Below are positions 26,721-36,165 of a stretch of DNA of 64,000 nt, piece after piece (positions within the stretch are counted from its first letter, which is position 1; each line of letters starts with the position of its first letter). The position numbers were made by a program, and so were the translations under genes. Origin of the DNA: Thermoanaerobaculia bacterium (lineage in GTDB: Bacteria > Acidobacteriota > Thermoanaerobaculia > Gp7-AA8). The stretch covers positions 3,906-67,905 of the forward strand of contig DATDFB010000057.1 of NCBI GenBank assembly GCA_036522835.1. The letters run 5' to 3'. The notes below the pieces were generated by a model. The model worked only from the letters and a program-made list of their open reading frames with translations, did not search any database and was not told the DNA's origin.

Positions 26721-27841
26721 GAATCGGCATCACCTGCTACCCCACCTTCGGCGGCTCCGGCGTGGTAGCCACGGAGCTCGGCATCGCTCTGGCCAAGATG
26801 GGCGACGACGTCCACTTCATCAGCTACGCGCCGCCGTCGCGGCTCAACATCCTCCACGAGCGCGTGCGCTTCCACGAAGTCACGGTCACGCCGTATCCGC
26901 TCTTCGATCCGTTCCCGCCGTACACGCTGGCGCTGGCGACGAAGATGGCGGAGATCGCCGAGTACGAGCGCCTCGACGTGCTGCACGTGCACTACGCGAT
27001 CCCGCACGCCATCAGCGCCCACCTCGCCCGCGAGATCCTCGGCGACAAGATGCGCTTCGTCACCACCCTGCACGGCACCGACATCACCCTCGTCGGGCGC
27101 GACGCGTCGTATCTGCCGATCACGAAGTTCGGCATCGAAGTCTCCGACGGCGTCACGGCCGTGTCGCATTGGCTGCGCGACGAGACGGAGAAGAACTTCG
27201 GCACGAAGAAGGAGATCGCCGTCATCCCGAACTTCGTCGATCCGCTGCGCTTCCAGCGCCACGAGAGCGCGTTCTGCCACCTCTTCGGCGACGCCGGCGA
27301 CCGCCTCCTCTGCCACGTCTCGAACTTCCGTCCCGTGAAGCGGATCATGGACGTGCTGGCCGTCTTCGAGCGCGTGCTGCGCGTGATCCCGAGCCGCCTG
27401 GTGATGATCGGCGACGGCCCCGACCGTTCCAAGGCCGAGGCGTTCTGCCGTCAACATCATTTGAAGGACCGCGTCTTTTTCCTCGGCAATGTTCCGAATC
27501 TCGAAGAGATCGTCGGCGCCAGCGACGTGTTCCTCCTGCCCAGCGAGCACGAGTCGTTCGGCATGGCCGCGCTGGAGGCGATGGCCTCGGAAGTCCCGGT
27601 CATCGCCACGCGCGCGGGCGGACTGCCCGAGGTCGTGGTCGACGGCGAGACCGGATACCTCCTGCCGGTCGGCGACGTCGACGCCATGGCCGAGCGCGCC
27701 ATCGCCATCCTCACCGACAAGGTCCTGCAGCGCCGCCTCGGGCGCGCCGGACGCGCGCTGGCGGAGGAGCAGTTCAACGTGAACCGCGTCGTGCCGATGT
27801 ACCGCGAGTTCTATGAGAAGTTCCTGGTTCTTCGTTCTTAG
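26717..27841 (+). CDS. bshA: N-acetyl-alpha-D-glucosaminyl L-malate synthase BshA (GT4)
   Basis: GTG start overlapping the bshB stop. VRIGITCYPTFGGSGVVATELGIALAKMGDDVHFISYAPPSRL matches the BshA N-terminus. C-terminal GT4 EHESFGMAALEAMA motif. Confidence 0.85.
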   Translation: MRIGITCYPTFGGSGVVATELGIALAKMGDDVHFISYAPPSRLNILHERVRFHEVTVTPYPLFDPFPPYTLALATKMAEIAEYERLDVLHVHYAIPHAISAHLAREILGDKMRFVTTLHGTDITLVGRDASYLPITKFGIEVSDGVTAVSHWLRDETEKNFGTKKEIAVIPNFVDPLRFQRHESAFCHLFGDAGDRLLCHVSNFRPVKRIMDVLAVFERVLRVIPSRLVMIGDGPDRSKAEAFCRQHHLKDRVFFLGNVPNLEEIVGASDVFLLPSEHESFGMAALEAMASEVPVIATRAGGLPEVVVDGETGYLLPVGDVDAMAERAIAILTDKVLQRRLGRAGRALAEEQFNVNRVVPMYREFYEKFLVLRS

Positions 27842-29892
27842 TTCTTGGTTGGTCGGGCGTAGATCTCCGCGTAGTTCTCGTACGAATTCAGCACCTTGCG
27901 CACGTAGTCCTTCGTCTCGTCGAAGCTGACGGCGGTGAGGAAGAAGTCGTCGCCGGGGCCGGCGGCGAGGCGCGACCAGAGCGCGGCCTGCTTCGGGCCG
28001 GCGTTGTAGGCGGCGGCGATCTTGTAGCGGTCGCCGCCGAGCTCTTTCGACAGCGTGGCCACGTACTTCGCGCCCAGGCGGATGACGACGCGCGGGTCGT
28101 AGAGATCGTCTTCGTCGACGTCGACGAGGCCGATGTCGCGGCCGATCTGCCGCGCCGTGGTGATGATGAGCTGCAGGAGACCTCGCGCCGCCGCCTCCGA
28201 CTTCGCGCGCGGATCGAAGCGCGACTCCTCGCGCATGATGGCGAAAAGCAGCGTCGGATCGGCGCTGTAGCTCTTCGCGTCGGCCTCGATGAAGCTCGCG
28301 AAGTAGCGCGGATAGAGCAGCTCGCGGACGACGCGCGGGAGGAGCTGCGGGACGAAGTCGTCGGGCACGCCGTTCATCACCGTCTCGATGGCGCGGATCG
28401 ACTCGTGCGAGGCATTGCCGAGGTTCAGGGCGAGCGATTGCGTGAGGCCGCTCTGCATGGGGTGCAGCGGCCAGATCTTCGGGATGTCGTCGGCCGCCTC
28501 GTCGAAGAGGCCCATGGCCATGAGCTGTTCGGCGCGCGAGGCATCGGGCGGGAGAGGGACGTGCGGGAAGGGGAGCGGCTTCAGGTCGAGGACGGCCTTG
28601 TACGGCGGCTTCTGTTGGTAGCTCGCGGCAATTTGCTTCAGGTCCGGCTGGAAATGCAGCCGCTGCCGCGCGAAGTAGGCGAAGTGCGTCGGCACGGTGG
28701 CGTGGATGACCCGGAGATAGGCCTCGCGCGACGCCTGCGGATTCGACGACTCCAGCGCGCGGCCGCGCCAGTAGTCGATCTCGTACGGATCGAATTTGTC
28801 GAGCAGGTTCCGCGGGATGGCGTTCAGCGTGACGACGCACGCGCCGGCGTTCCCCGCGCCGAGCATGCCGACGGCGTAGGCGAGCGAGGCGTCGACGAGC
28901 GCGCGGTCCTTCGGGAAGAGCTTGCGCATCGCCGCCAGATCCGCCGCCGCATCGGCAAAGCGCCGCTGCTTAAGGCGCGTGCGCAAACGCTGCGTCAACG
29001 CGGCGGCGGTCGAGGCCGTGCGCGCCGGCACGGCGATGGCCTGCGTCATGAGCTGCTCCGCGCCGGCGTCATTCCCCTGCAGTTGCGCGGCGCGCGCGGC
29101 ATGCCAGAGGAAGGTAATCTTCATTGCCGCGCTCTTCGTCTGCTGCGCGCCGCGGAGGTACGTCGCCTGCGCCTGCGCAAACTTTTCGTCGCCGTAGTAG
29201 GCGCGGCCGATCGAAAAGGTGATGTCGTCGCTCGGCGGCACGGAACCGAGCAGCGCCACGGCGCGGTCGAAGTGGCGGTGGTTGAGCATGGCCGTGCCGA
29301 GGAGAATTCTCTGTGGCGGCGTGAGCCGCGCGCGCAGCTCCGCCGTGTCGAGAGCGCGCGCGACGTGCTCCGCGGCGTCGTCCATCGTGCCGCCGGCGAG
29401 GATGGCCAGACACGCCGCGCCGTTCCGCGACGCTTCGGCGAGGCGCGCCTGAATGTCGCGTGACGGCGGAAGCCGCTGCGCGAACGCCGACAGCCGCTGC
29501 GGGTCCTTCATGAGGTATTCGACTTCGTCCTCGATGGCTTGCTGGCGATAGAACGCGTGCGGGTACTCGAAGATCAGCGTTTGCCGGTCGCGGCTCGCCG
29601 CCTCGCCGTCCTCGATCTCGGCCTTGTGGTAGAGCGCAAGGTCGCGGAAGGGATTCCCCGGCGCGAGGAACGGCGCCAGCTCTTTCGCCGCGGCAGCGCG
29701 CTCATTGCGGTCGACGAGAAGCCGGGCACGGAGGTACGAGGGCGCCGGCGCAGCCGGCAGCGCCGTCCTCTCGACACGAAAGACCCGCCGGCGCGCCACG
29801 CGCTGCCGCGCGGCGACGATCCCGAGAATGACGACGATCAGGATGAGGGCAGCAAGGGCGGAAAGGAGAAGGACGAGTCGTTTCTTCGTCAA
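27838..29892 (-). CDS. lytic murein transglycosylase (Slt family) with N-terminal membrane anchor
   Basis: C-terminal SLT domain LLFAIMREESRFDPRAKSEAAARGLLQLI...AAYNAGP. N-terminal TM LVLLLSALAALILIVVILGIVAA. Long superhelical region. Confidence 0.8.
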   Translation of the reverse strand: MTKKRLVLLLSALAALILIVVILGIVAARQRVARRRVFRVERTALPAAPAPSYLRARLLVDRNERAAAAKELAPFLAPGNPFRDLALYHKAEIEDGEAASRDRQTLIFEYPHAFYRQQAIEDEVEYLMKDPQRLSAFAQRLPPSRDIQARLAEASRNGAACLAILAGGTMDDAAEHVARALDTAELRARLTPPQRILLGTAMLNHRHFDRAVALLGSVPPSDDITFSIGRAYYGDEKFAQAQATYLRGAQQTKSAAMKITFLWHAARAAQLQGNDAGAEQLMTQAIAVPARTASTAAALTQRLRTRLKQRRFADAAADLAAMRKLFPKDRALVDASLAYAVGMLGAGNAGACVVTLNAIPRNLLDKFDPYEIDYWRGRALESSNPQASREAYLRVIHATVPTHFAYFARQRLHFQPDLKQIAASYQQKPPYKAVLDLKPLPFPHVPLPPDASRAEQLMAMGLFDEAADDIPKIWPLHPMQSGLTQSLALNLGNASHESIRAIETVMNGVPDDFVPQLLPRVVRELLYPRYFASFIEADAKSYSADPTLLFAIMREESRFDPRAKSEAAARGLLQLIITTARQIGRDIGLVDVDEDDLYDPRVVIRLGAKYVATLSKELGGDRYKIAAAYNAGPKQAALWSRLAAGPGDDFFLTAVSFDETKDYVRKVLNSYENYAEIYARPTKN

Positions 29893-30338
29893 ACGTCATC
29901 TCGGGCCAGCGTTCCCGACAGAACTGCGTGCGGGGCGCGCCTGAGAATCTCGTTCTTAGCAATCGCGTAGCCAAGGATCGCGTCGACCAGCACCCGCCGC
30001 CCGTCCGCGGAGAGCAGCACCAGAATCTTCCGCTTGATCTCGCGGATCTCCACGATCTCCTCCCAGCGCAGCCACCGCCCCGGCTTCCCGAGCCACGACA
30101 GCACGCGGTTCTCGTACATCACGCCGTCGTCGCTGAAATAGATGTGGTCGCCGTACTGCACCGCCGCCGCGGCGAGCGTGCCGAGGAAGAGGAGCACCAG
30201 CACCGTCAGCGTGAACGGCTCGATCTCCTTCGCGCCGTGCGAGAGGTAGTCGAACACCAGCGCCGCCGAGGCGAACGTCGCCGCGCAGGAGATGAGCCGC
30301 GCGATGGGCGTTCGGTCGAAGCGGAGGATACGGTTCAT
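29889..30338 (-). CDS. hypothetical small membrane protein
   Basis: 149 aa with two TM helices. Stop overlaps the slt start. Confidence 0.45.
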   Translation of the reverse strand: MNRILRFDRTPIARLISCAATFASAALVFDYLSHGAKEIEPFTLTVLVLLFLGTLAAAAVQYGDHIYFSDDGVMYENRVLSWLGKPGRWLRWEEIVEIREIKRKILVLLSADGRRVLVDAILGYAIAKNEILRRAPHAVLSGTLARDDV

Positions 30339-30360
30339 GTATGGCGTAGAACGAATTGTG

Positions 30361-30445
30361 CGGGGTTCTTAGTTCTTAGTTCTTGGTTCTTAAGTTTTGC
30401 CGAAACCCAAGAACCTAACAACATAAGAACCTAAGAACCACTACA
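30361..30445. repeat. AAGAAC-rich palindromic element (GGTTCTTAGTTCTTAGTTCTTGGTTCTTAAG...CCAAGAACCTAACAACATAAGAACCTAAGAACC) in divergent promoter region
   Basis: Imperfect inverted repeat of TTCTTAG/CTAAGAA units. Related short motifs at 27838-27860 and flanking the 56447 tandem array. Confidence 0.6.
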
Positions 30446-30456
30446 ATCCCCCGCCC

Positions 30457-32157
30457 ATGCGCTGGAGCCAGTCCTTCATTCACACCCTGCGCGAAGTTCC
30501 GGCCGACGCGGACGTCGTCAGCCAGAGACTGATGATGCGCGCCGGCATGATCCGCAAAGTAGCCGCCGGAATTTACACCTATCTCCCCCTCGGCCTCCGT
30601 TCGATGCAGAAGCTCGAGGCCATCATCCGCGAGGAGATGAACCGCGCCGGCGCGGTGGAGCTCCTCGGGCCGACCATCCACCCGGGCGAGTTGTGGATGG
30701 AGTCGGGACGCTGGCAGCGCTACGGCAAGGAGCTCCTGCGCATCAAAGACCGCCACGAGCGCGACTTCGTCTACGGCCCCACGGCCGAGGAGGTCGTGAC
30801 CGACGCCGTGCGGAACACGCTCAACTCCTATCGACAGCTCCCGATCAACCTCTATCAGATCCAGACCAAGTTTCGCGACGAAGTGCGGCCCCGCTTCGGC
30901 CTCATGCGCGGGCGCGAGTTCACCATGAAGGACGCGTACTCCTTCCACGCCACGGCATCGTCGCTCGACGAGACGTACGAGAAGATGCGCGACGCCTACA
31001 GCGCCATCTTCCGCCGCTGCGCGCTCGACCACGTGCCGGTCGAGGCCGACACCGGCAACATCGGCGGCAGCGCCTCGCACGAGTTCATGGTGCTGGCGCA
31101 GTCGGGCGAGGACGCGGTCGTGTCGTGCCCCAACTGCCGCTACGGCGCGAACGTGGAGAAGGCCACGTCGAAGTTCTTCCTCGACGAGCCGGAGCCCGCG
31201 CCGATGGAAGCGATGGCCGAATTGCACACGCCGGGAACGCAGACGATCGACGACGTCGGCCGCTTCCTCGGCAAGCCGACCTCGCAGCTCGTCAAGACCC
31301 TCGTCTTCGACACCGACAAAGGGTGTCTGATGGTCCTCGTGCGCGGCGACCGCGAGGGGAACGAGGTCAAGATCAAGAACGTCTCCGGCGCCGAGTGGAT
31401 GGAGATGATGCCCGACGCGCGCTTCGAGGAGGCCACGGGCGGCCCGGTCGGCTATTGCGGTCCGGTCGGGACGAAGGCGGCACGCGTGATCGCCGACGTA
31501 TCGCTCAAAGGCCACGTCAACTGGATCGTCGGTGGCAATAAGAAGGACTACCACCTCGGCGGCGCGAATCCCGGCCGCGACTTCCCCGAGCCGGAGTACG
31601 CCGACGTCACGACCGTCTTCGCCGGCGATCCCTGTCCGCGCTGCGGCACGCCGCTGGAGATCAACCGCGGCATCGAGGTCGGCCATGTGTTCAAGCTCGG
31701 AACGAAGTACTCCGAGCCGATGGGCTGCACGTTCCTCGATGAGAACGGCGAGCGCAAGCCGATGATCATGGGCTGCTACGGCTTGGGCGTCGGCCGCACG
31801 GTCGCCGCCGCGGTGGAGCAGAGCCACGACGACGACGGCATCATCTGGCCGATCCCGATCGCGCCGTACACCGTCGTCGTGACCGCGCTCGGCAAAGAGG
31901 AGAGCGTGCGCGCGACGGCCGAGGAGGTCTACGCGAAGCTCCTGGCCGCCGGCGTCGACGTGCTCTTCGACGACCGCGACGAGCGCCCCGGCGTGAAGTT
32001 CAAGGACGCGGATCTGATCGGTTTTCCGCTGCGCATCGCCGTCGGCGCGAAGAGCCTGGCGAACGGCGTCATCGAGTGGAGCTGGCGCAAGGATCGCGCG
32101 AAGCAGCTCGGGCCGCCGGGCGAGGTGGTGGAGACGGTCATAACGGCCGCTCGGTAG
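30457..32157 (+). CDS. proS: proline--tRNA ligase
   Basis: 566 aa, bacterial-type ProRS. Starts MRWSQSFIHTLREVPADADVVSQRLMMRAGMIRK. Confidence 0.95.
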   Translation: MRWSQSFIHTLREVPADADVVSQRLMMRAGMIRKVAAGIYTYLPLGLRSMQKLEAIIREEMNRAGAVELLGPTIHPGELWMESGRWQRYGKELLRIKDRHERDFVYGPTAEEVVTDAVRNTLNSYRQLPINLYQIQTKFRDEVRPRFGLMRGREFTMKDAYSFHATASSLDETYEKMRDAYSAIFRRCALDHVPVEADTGNIGGSASHEFMVLAQSGEDAVVSCPNCRYGANVEKATSKFFLDEPEPAPMEAMAELHTPGTQTIDDVGRFLGKPTSQLVKTLVFDTDKGCLMVLVRGDREGNEVKIKNVSGAEWMEMMPDARFEEATGGPVGYCGPVGTKAARVIADVSLKGHVNWIVGGNKKDYHLGGANPGRDFPEPEYADVTTVFAGDPCPRCGTPLEINRGIEVGHVFKLGTKYSEPMGCTFLDENGERKPMIMGCYGLGVGRTVAAAVEQSHDDDGIIWPIPIAPYTVVVTALGKEESVRATAEEVYAKLLAAGVDVLFDDRDERPGVKFKDADLIGFPLRIAVGAKSLANGVIEWSWRKDRAKQLGPPGEVVETVITAAR

Positions 32158-32211
32158 GGGCGCACGGCGTGCGCCCTCAGCGTCCGGGCGCACGCCGTGC
32201 GCCCCTACCTG
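32153..32211. repeat. Palindromic repeat family C, full two-arm copy
   Basis: cggtaggggcgcacggcgtgcgccc...gggcgcacgccgtgcgcccctacctg. Confidence 0.8.
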
Positions 32212-32224
32212 TTATCCTTTTCCT

Positions 32225-33607
32225 ATGCGCAAGACCTTTCTTTTGCTCGCGTTAACTGCGGCTCTGCCCGCCTTTGCCCAGAACACCGACATCGAGTCCC
32301 TCTCCGGCCTGCAATTCAATTTCGGCAACCCCGGCGCCCGCTCCCTCGGCATGGGCGGCGCGTTCCTCGGCCTCGCCGACGACGCCTCGGCCGCCGAGGC
32401 GAACCCGGCCGGGCTCACCATCCTGCGCAAGCCCGAGGTCTCCATCGAGATCCGCAACTACGTCGAGCAGCAGACCTTCACCACCACCGGCACCTATCCG
32501 GACATCAGCCGCACCGACTTCAACCATTACAGCCAGCGCGTCCCCATCACCTTCGCCAGCGCGGTTTACCCGTACAAGAACGCCACCTTCGGCCTCTACT
32601 ACCACGAGGCGCTGCGCAATCAAGGCTCGGGGCAGGTCATCCCCATCCGCAACGAATTCAGCGGCGCGGTGACGGCCGACGTCCCGAACTTCTACCTCGC
32701 CAAGGGCGGGACCGCTCCGGTCACGCGCGATCAGTGCATCGCCATCAACGTCGCGGCGAAGGACGACTTCGCCTGCCTGCAGTACACCATCCTTCCGTTC
32801 CTCAGCGCGCTCGACGTCACCGAGCGCACGTTCGGCCTGGCCGGCGCGTACAAGATCGGCAAGTTCTCCTTCGGCGGCACCGTGCGCTACCAGCGCTTCA
32901 ACGAGACCGCGTTCACCTTCCGCGTCACGCCGGACTTCGATTTCTCGTCGATCTCCGTGCAGGCCACGAGTGACATCCGTGAGAACAGCGACAAGGCGAA
33001 GGACGTCAGCGACGTCACCTTCACCGCGGGCGTGAAGTGGACGCCGAACGACCGCTTCAGCGCCGGCGCGGTCTACAAGCAGGGGGCGCGCTACAAGGCC
33101 CCCACCTTCGCCGCGAACGAGGATACAAACTTCGACTTCGTCAAAGTCTCCGACACGACCTTCCACATCCCCGACATCTTCGGCGCCGGCGTTTCCGTCC
33201 GGCCCATCCCGGTGCTGACGGTCAACGTCGACGCCGTGCGGGTGAAGTACTCGAACCTCGTCGACAACTTCGTCTCCATCAACGAGTCGGTGCGCGAGAT
33301 CGACCAAGCCTACAAGGCTCCCGACGTCACGGAGCTCCACGCCGGCGCGGAGTACTTCTTCGCGACGAAGATTCCGCTGGCGCTGCGCGTCGGCTGGTGG
33401 CACGACCCGGCGCACTCGATCGAATACCGCGGACCGCTGAGCACGCCCGACCGCGTCGCCGCGGCGATCCTCTACCCGCGCGGCGAGTCGCAGAACCACC
33501 GCTCCATCGGCGCGGGATTAGCGTGGCCGCGATTCCAGGTTGATGCCGCGTATGACACCTCACCGCACTACAAGGTCGCCTCGGTTTCGATGGTTGCTCG
33601 TTTCTAG
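32225..33607 (+). CDS. outer-membrane transport protein of the OMPP1/FadL/TodX family
   Basis: Signal peptide MRKTFLLLALTAALPAFA. N-terminal SLGMGGAFLGLADDASAAEANPAGLT motif typical of FadL/TodX. Beta-barrel composition. C-terminal aromatic residue. Confidence 0.68.
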   Translation: MRKTFLLLALTAALPAFAQNTDIESLSGLQFNFGNPGARSLGMGGAFLGLADDASAAEANPAGLTILRKPEVSIEIRNYVEQQTFTTTGTYPDISRTDFNHYSQRVPITFASAVYPYKNATFGLYYHEALRNQGSGQVIPIRNEFSGAVTADVPNFYLAKGGTAPVTRDQCIAINVAAKDDFACLQYTILPFLSALDVTERTFGLAGAYKIGKFSFGGTVRYQRFNETAFTFRVTPDFDFSSISVQATSDIRENSDKAKDVSDVTFTAGVKWTPNDRFSAGAVYKQGARYKAPTFAANEDTNFDFVKVSDTTFHIPDIFGAGVSVRPIPVLTVNVDAVRVKYSNLVDNFVSINESVREIDQAYKAPDVTELHAGAEYFFATKIPLALRVGWWHDPAHSIEYRGPLSTPDRVAAAILYPRGESQNHRSIGAGLAWPRFQVDAAYDTSPHYKVASVSMVARF

Positions 33608-35519
33608 CGCGCTGCTCGTCTGCGCGCTCGCGGCGAGCGCGCAGGTGCAGGAATCGATCACCGTCAACCTCATCGAAGTGCCGGTGACGGTCGTCGACTC
33701 GAGCGGCAACCCGGTCCGCGGGCTCACCGCCGCGAACTTCAAGCTCTACGACCAGGGGAAAGAGGTCGCCGTCAGCTCGGTCGACACAATCGACTTCGCC
33801 TCGAAGGAGTCGATGAGCGCGGTCTCGCCGCTGAATCCGGCGGCGCGGCGCAAGTTCCTCGTCCTCTTCGATCTTTCCTTCTCGAAGCCGTCGTCGCTGG
33901 CGCGCGCGCAGGAGGCGGCGCGGGCGTTCGTGACCAAGTCGGTGCAGCCGCGCGACCTCGTCGGCGTCGGCACGGTCGACAAGCGCGGCTTCCGCCTCGT
34001 TGCCTCGTTCACCACGGACCGCAAGCTCGTCGCCGACGCGATCGCCAATCCGGCGCAGATGAAGACGGACGATCCGCTGCACCTCGGCCGCAGCGGCATC
34101 GCCTTCGAGCTCTCCGACCATTCGAGCGAGACCGGGAAAGGGAGAGCGGCGATGGGCGACGAGAACGTCGCCGCGCTCATGGCCGACTCCATGCGCCAGA
34201 ACCGCGAGACCGCGCGCGCCGAGGCCGAGAAGGAGATGGACTTCCTCGGCGACCTGGCCAAAACGCTGCGCAGCATCCCGGGGAAGAAGCAGGTCGTCTT
34301 CCTCTCCGAGGGCTTCGACCCGCGCTTCATTTCCGGAAGCGACGCGCGCGAGGACCTCACCTACCAGGCCAGCGTCTTCGATACGAGCGACGACAAACGC
34401 TTCGGCTCGAACAGCGCCTCCACGACACTGCGGCGGATGGCCGACGCCTTCCGCGGCTCCGACGTCGTTCTGCACGCGCTCGACATCCAGGGTCTGCGCG
34501 TCGACAACAGCATCGAGGGCGGCTTCGTCAACAGCAACGACTCGCTGCGCCTCCTGGCCCAGCCGACCGGCGGCATGGTCTTCAAGAACGCGAACAAGAT
34601 CGAGACCGACTTCGAGCGCCTCATGAAGACGGAGGAAGTCGTCTACGTGCTGTCGTTTCAGGCGCCGGCGTCGAAGCCCGGCAAGTTCCACGACCTGAAG
34701 GTGAAGCTCGTCAACGTCCCGGGCGGCGCGAAGGCCTTCGCGCGCGCCGGCTACTACGAGAGCGGCAGCGAGACGCAGCAGGAGCGCACGATGACGAATG
34801 CCGAGATCGTGATGAACGACGTGGAGCAGAAGGACTTCCGCACCGCGTCGCTCGCCGCGGCGTTCCCGACGATGACGGATGCGGCGCAGGTGCCGGTCAT
34901 CGTCGAGATCAGCGGCACCGACCTCGAGAAACAGAACGCCGTCGACTTCTACGTCTACGCATTCGATGAAGAGGGGACGGTGCGCGACCGCCTCTACCAG
35001 CGCGTGACGCTCGACCTAGGCAAGGTCGGCGCGAAGCTGCGCGCGAACGGCCTGAAGTACTGGGCCACGCTGTCGCTGCCGCCGGGCAAGTACGCGGTGA
35101 AGACGCTCGTCCTGGCCGGAGCGAAGAAAGGCTTCGCGCGCGCCGACGTCGTCGTCCCCGCGTCCAACCAGCTCACCGCCGCGCCGATCTTCGTCGACGA
35201 CAGCTCGGCCAATTGGGTGCTGGTGAAGGGAACGTCGCACGCGCAGGCGGCGGCGTATCCGTTCGACCTCAGCGGCGAGCATTTCATCCCCGCCGCCACG
35301 GCGCGCACGAAGCGCTTCGCCGTCTTCGTGCCGAACGCGAAGCCGGAGGACGTCACCTTCGAGACGACGCCGAAGGTGAAGTTCCTCGGCGCGGCAAAGA
35401 GCGGGGGGGCGACGGCGCTGGTGATGGAGCTCGACCAGGCGGTAAAGGACGTGGAGCTGACGATCCGCAAGAAGGGCGTGGCCACGCCGGAGAAGATTCC
35501 GCTGCACATCGTGCAGTAA
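33552..35519 (+). CDS. secreted VWA-domain protein (VWFA-related Acidobacterial domain, TIGR03436-like)
   Basis: Signal peptide, then ITVNLIEVPVTVVDSSGNPVRGLTAANFKLYDQGKEVAV and RKFLVLFDLSFS (VWA MIDAS region). Start chosen at ATG 33552; the ORF track starts at TTG 33540. Confidence 0.72.
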   Translation: MTPHRTTRSPRFRWLLVSSALLVCALAASAQVQESITVNLIEVPVTVVDSSGNPVRGLTAANFKLYDQGKEVAVSSVDTIDFASKESMSAVSPLNPAARRKFLVLFDLSFSKPSSLARAQEAARAFVTKSVQPRDLVGVGTVDKRGFRLVASFTTDRKLVADAIANPAQMKTDDPLHLGRSGIAFELSDHSSETGKGRAAMGDENVAALMADSMRQNRETARAEAEKEMDFLGDLAKTLRSIPGKKQVVFLSEGFDPRFISGSDAREDLTYQASVFDTSDDKRFGSNSASTTLRRMADAFRGSDVVLHALDIQGLRVDNSIEGGFVNSNDSLRLLAQPTGGMVFKNANKIETDFERLMKTEEVVYVLSFQAPASKPGKFHDLKVKLVNVPGGAKAFARAGYYESGSETQQERTMTNAEIVMNDVEQKDFRTASLAAAFPTMTDAAQVPVIVEISGTDLEKQNAVDFYVYAFDEEGTVRDRLYQRVTLDLGKVGAKLRANGLKYWATLSLPPGKYAVKTLVLAGAKKGFARADVVVPASNQLTAAPIFVDDSSANWVLVKGTSHAQAAAYPFDLSGEHFIPAATARTKRFAVFVPNAKPEDVTFETTPKVKFLGAAKSGGATALVMELDQAVKDVELTIRKKGVATPEKIPLHIVQ

Positions 35520-35521
35520 CG

Positions 35522-36145
35522 TCACCGTGCGGCGGCGAGCGAATCCAGCGGAACGTCGAGGAGCTCGAATTTCTCCCAACCCTTGAAGTCGTAGTGCCAC
35601 CACTCCGACGGCAACGGCTCGAAGCCGTGTCGCGTCATGACCTCGCGCAACCTGGCGCGGTTGGCGATGGCCTCGGCGGGGAGATCGTTGAAGTCGTTCC
35701 GCGCGCGCGGCGTGAAGTCGTCGAAGCCGGTCGGCATCAGGAGCTCCTTGCCGGTCTCGAGGTCGATGAGCGTCAGATCGACGGCCGCGCCGCGGTTGTG
35801 CCGCGAGCCCTTCTTCGGGTCGGCGACATAGTCGGGATTCTTGATCGGCTCCCACATCGCCACCGTCACGCGGTAGGGGCGGTAGGCGTCCCAGACTTTC
35901 AGCCCGAGGCGTTGCGGCGCGAGCTCGCGCTCGACATCGGCGAGCGCCGCGGCCACCGGCGCGCGGAGGTAGGCCTTCGCCACCGGATACAGCTGCGTGT
36001 GCATGAAGTTGTTCGTCGTGGCGTAGCGGAGGTCGAGGGCGACGCCGGTGGTGGAAAGGTCGATCATCTCCCGCGGGTCGACGCTGCGCGCCACGCGCGG
36101 GCCGGTGGCGCAGGCGATCAGCAGGAGCAGCAGAAGCCGCTTCAT
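35522..36145 (-). CDS. ddpX: D-alanyl-D-alanine dipeptidase (VanX/DdpX, peptidase M15D)
   Basis: SRHNRGAAVDLTL and EWWHYD zinc-binding motifs. Signal peptide. Confidence 0.85.
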   Translation of the reverse strand: MKRLLLLLLIACATGPRVARSVDPREMIDLSTTGVALDLRYATTNNFMHTQLYPVAKAYLRAPVAAALADVERELAPQRLGLKVWDAYRPYRVTVAMWEPIKNPDYVADPKKGSRHNRGAAVDLTLIDLETGKELLMPTGFDDFTPRARNDFNDLPAEAIANRARLREVMTRHGFEPLPSEWWHYDFKGWEKFELLDVPLDSLAAAR

Positions 36146-36165
36146 TCGAAGACATAATACCGGCC

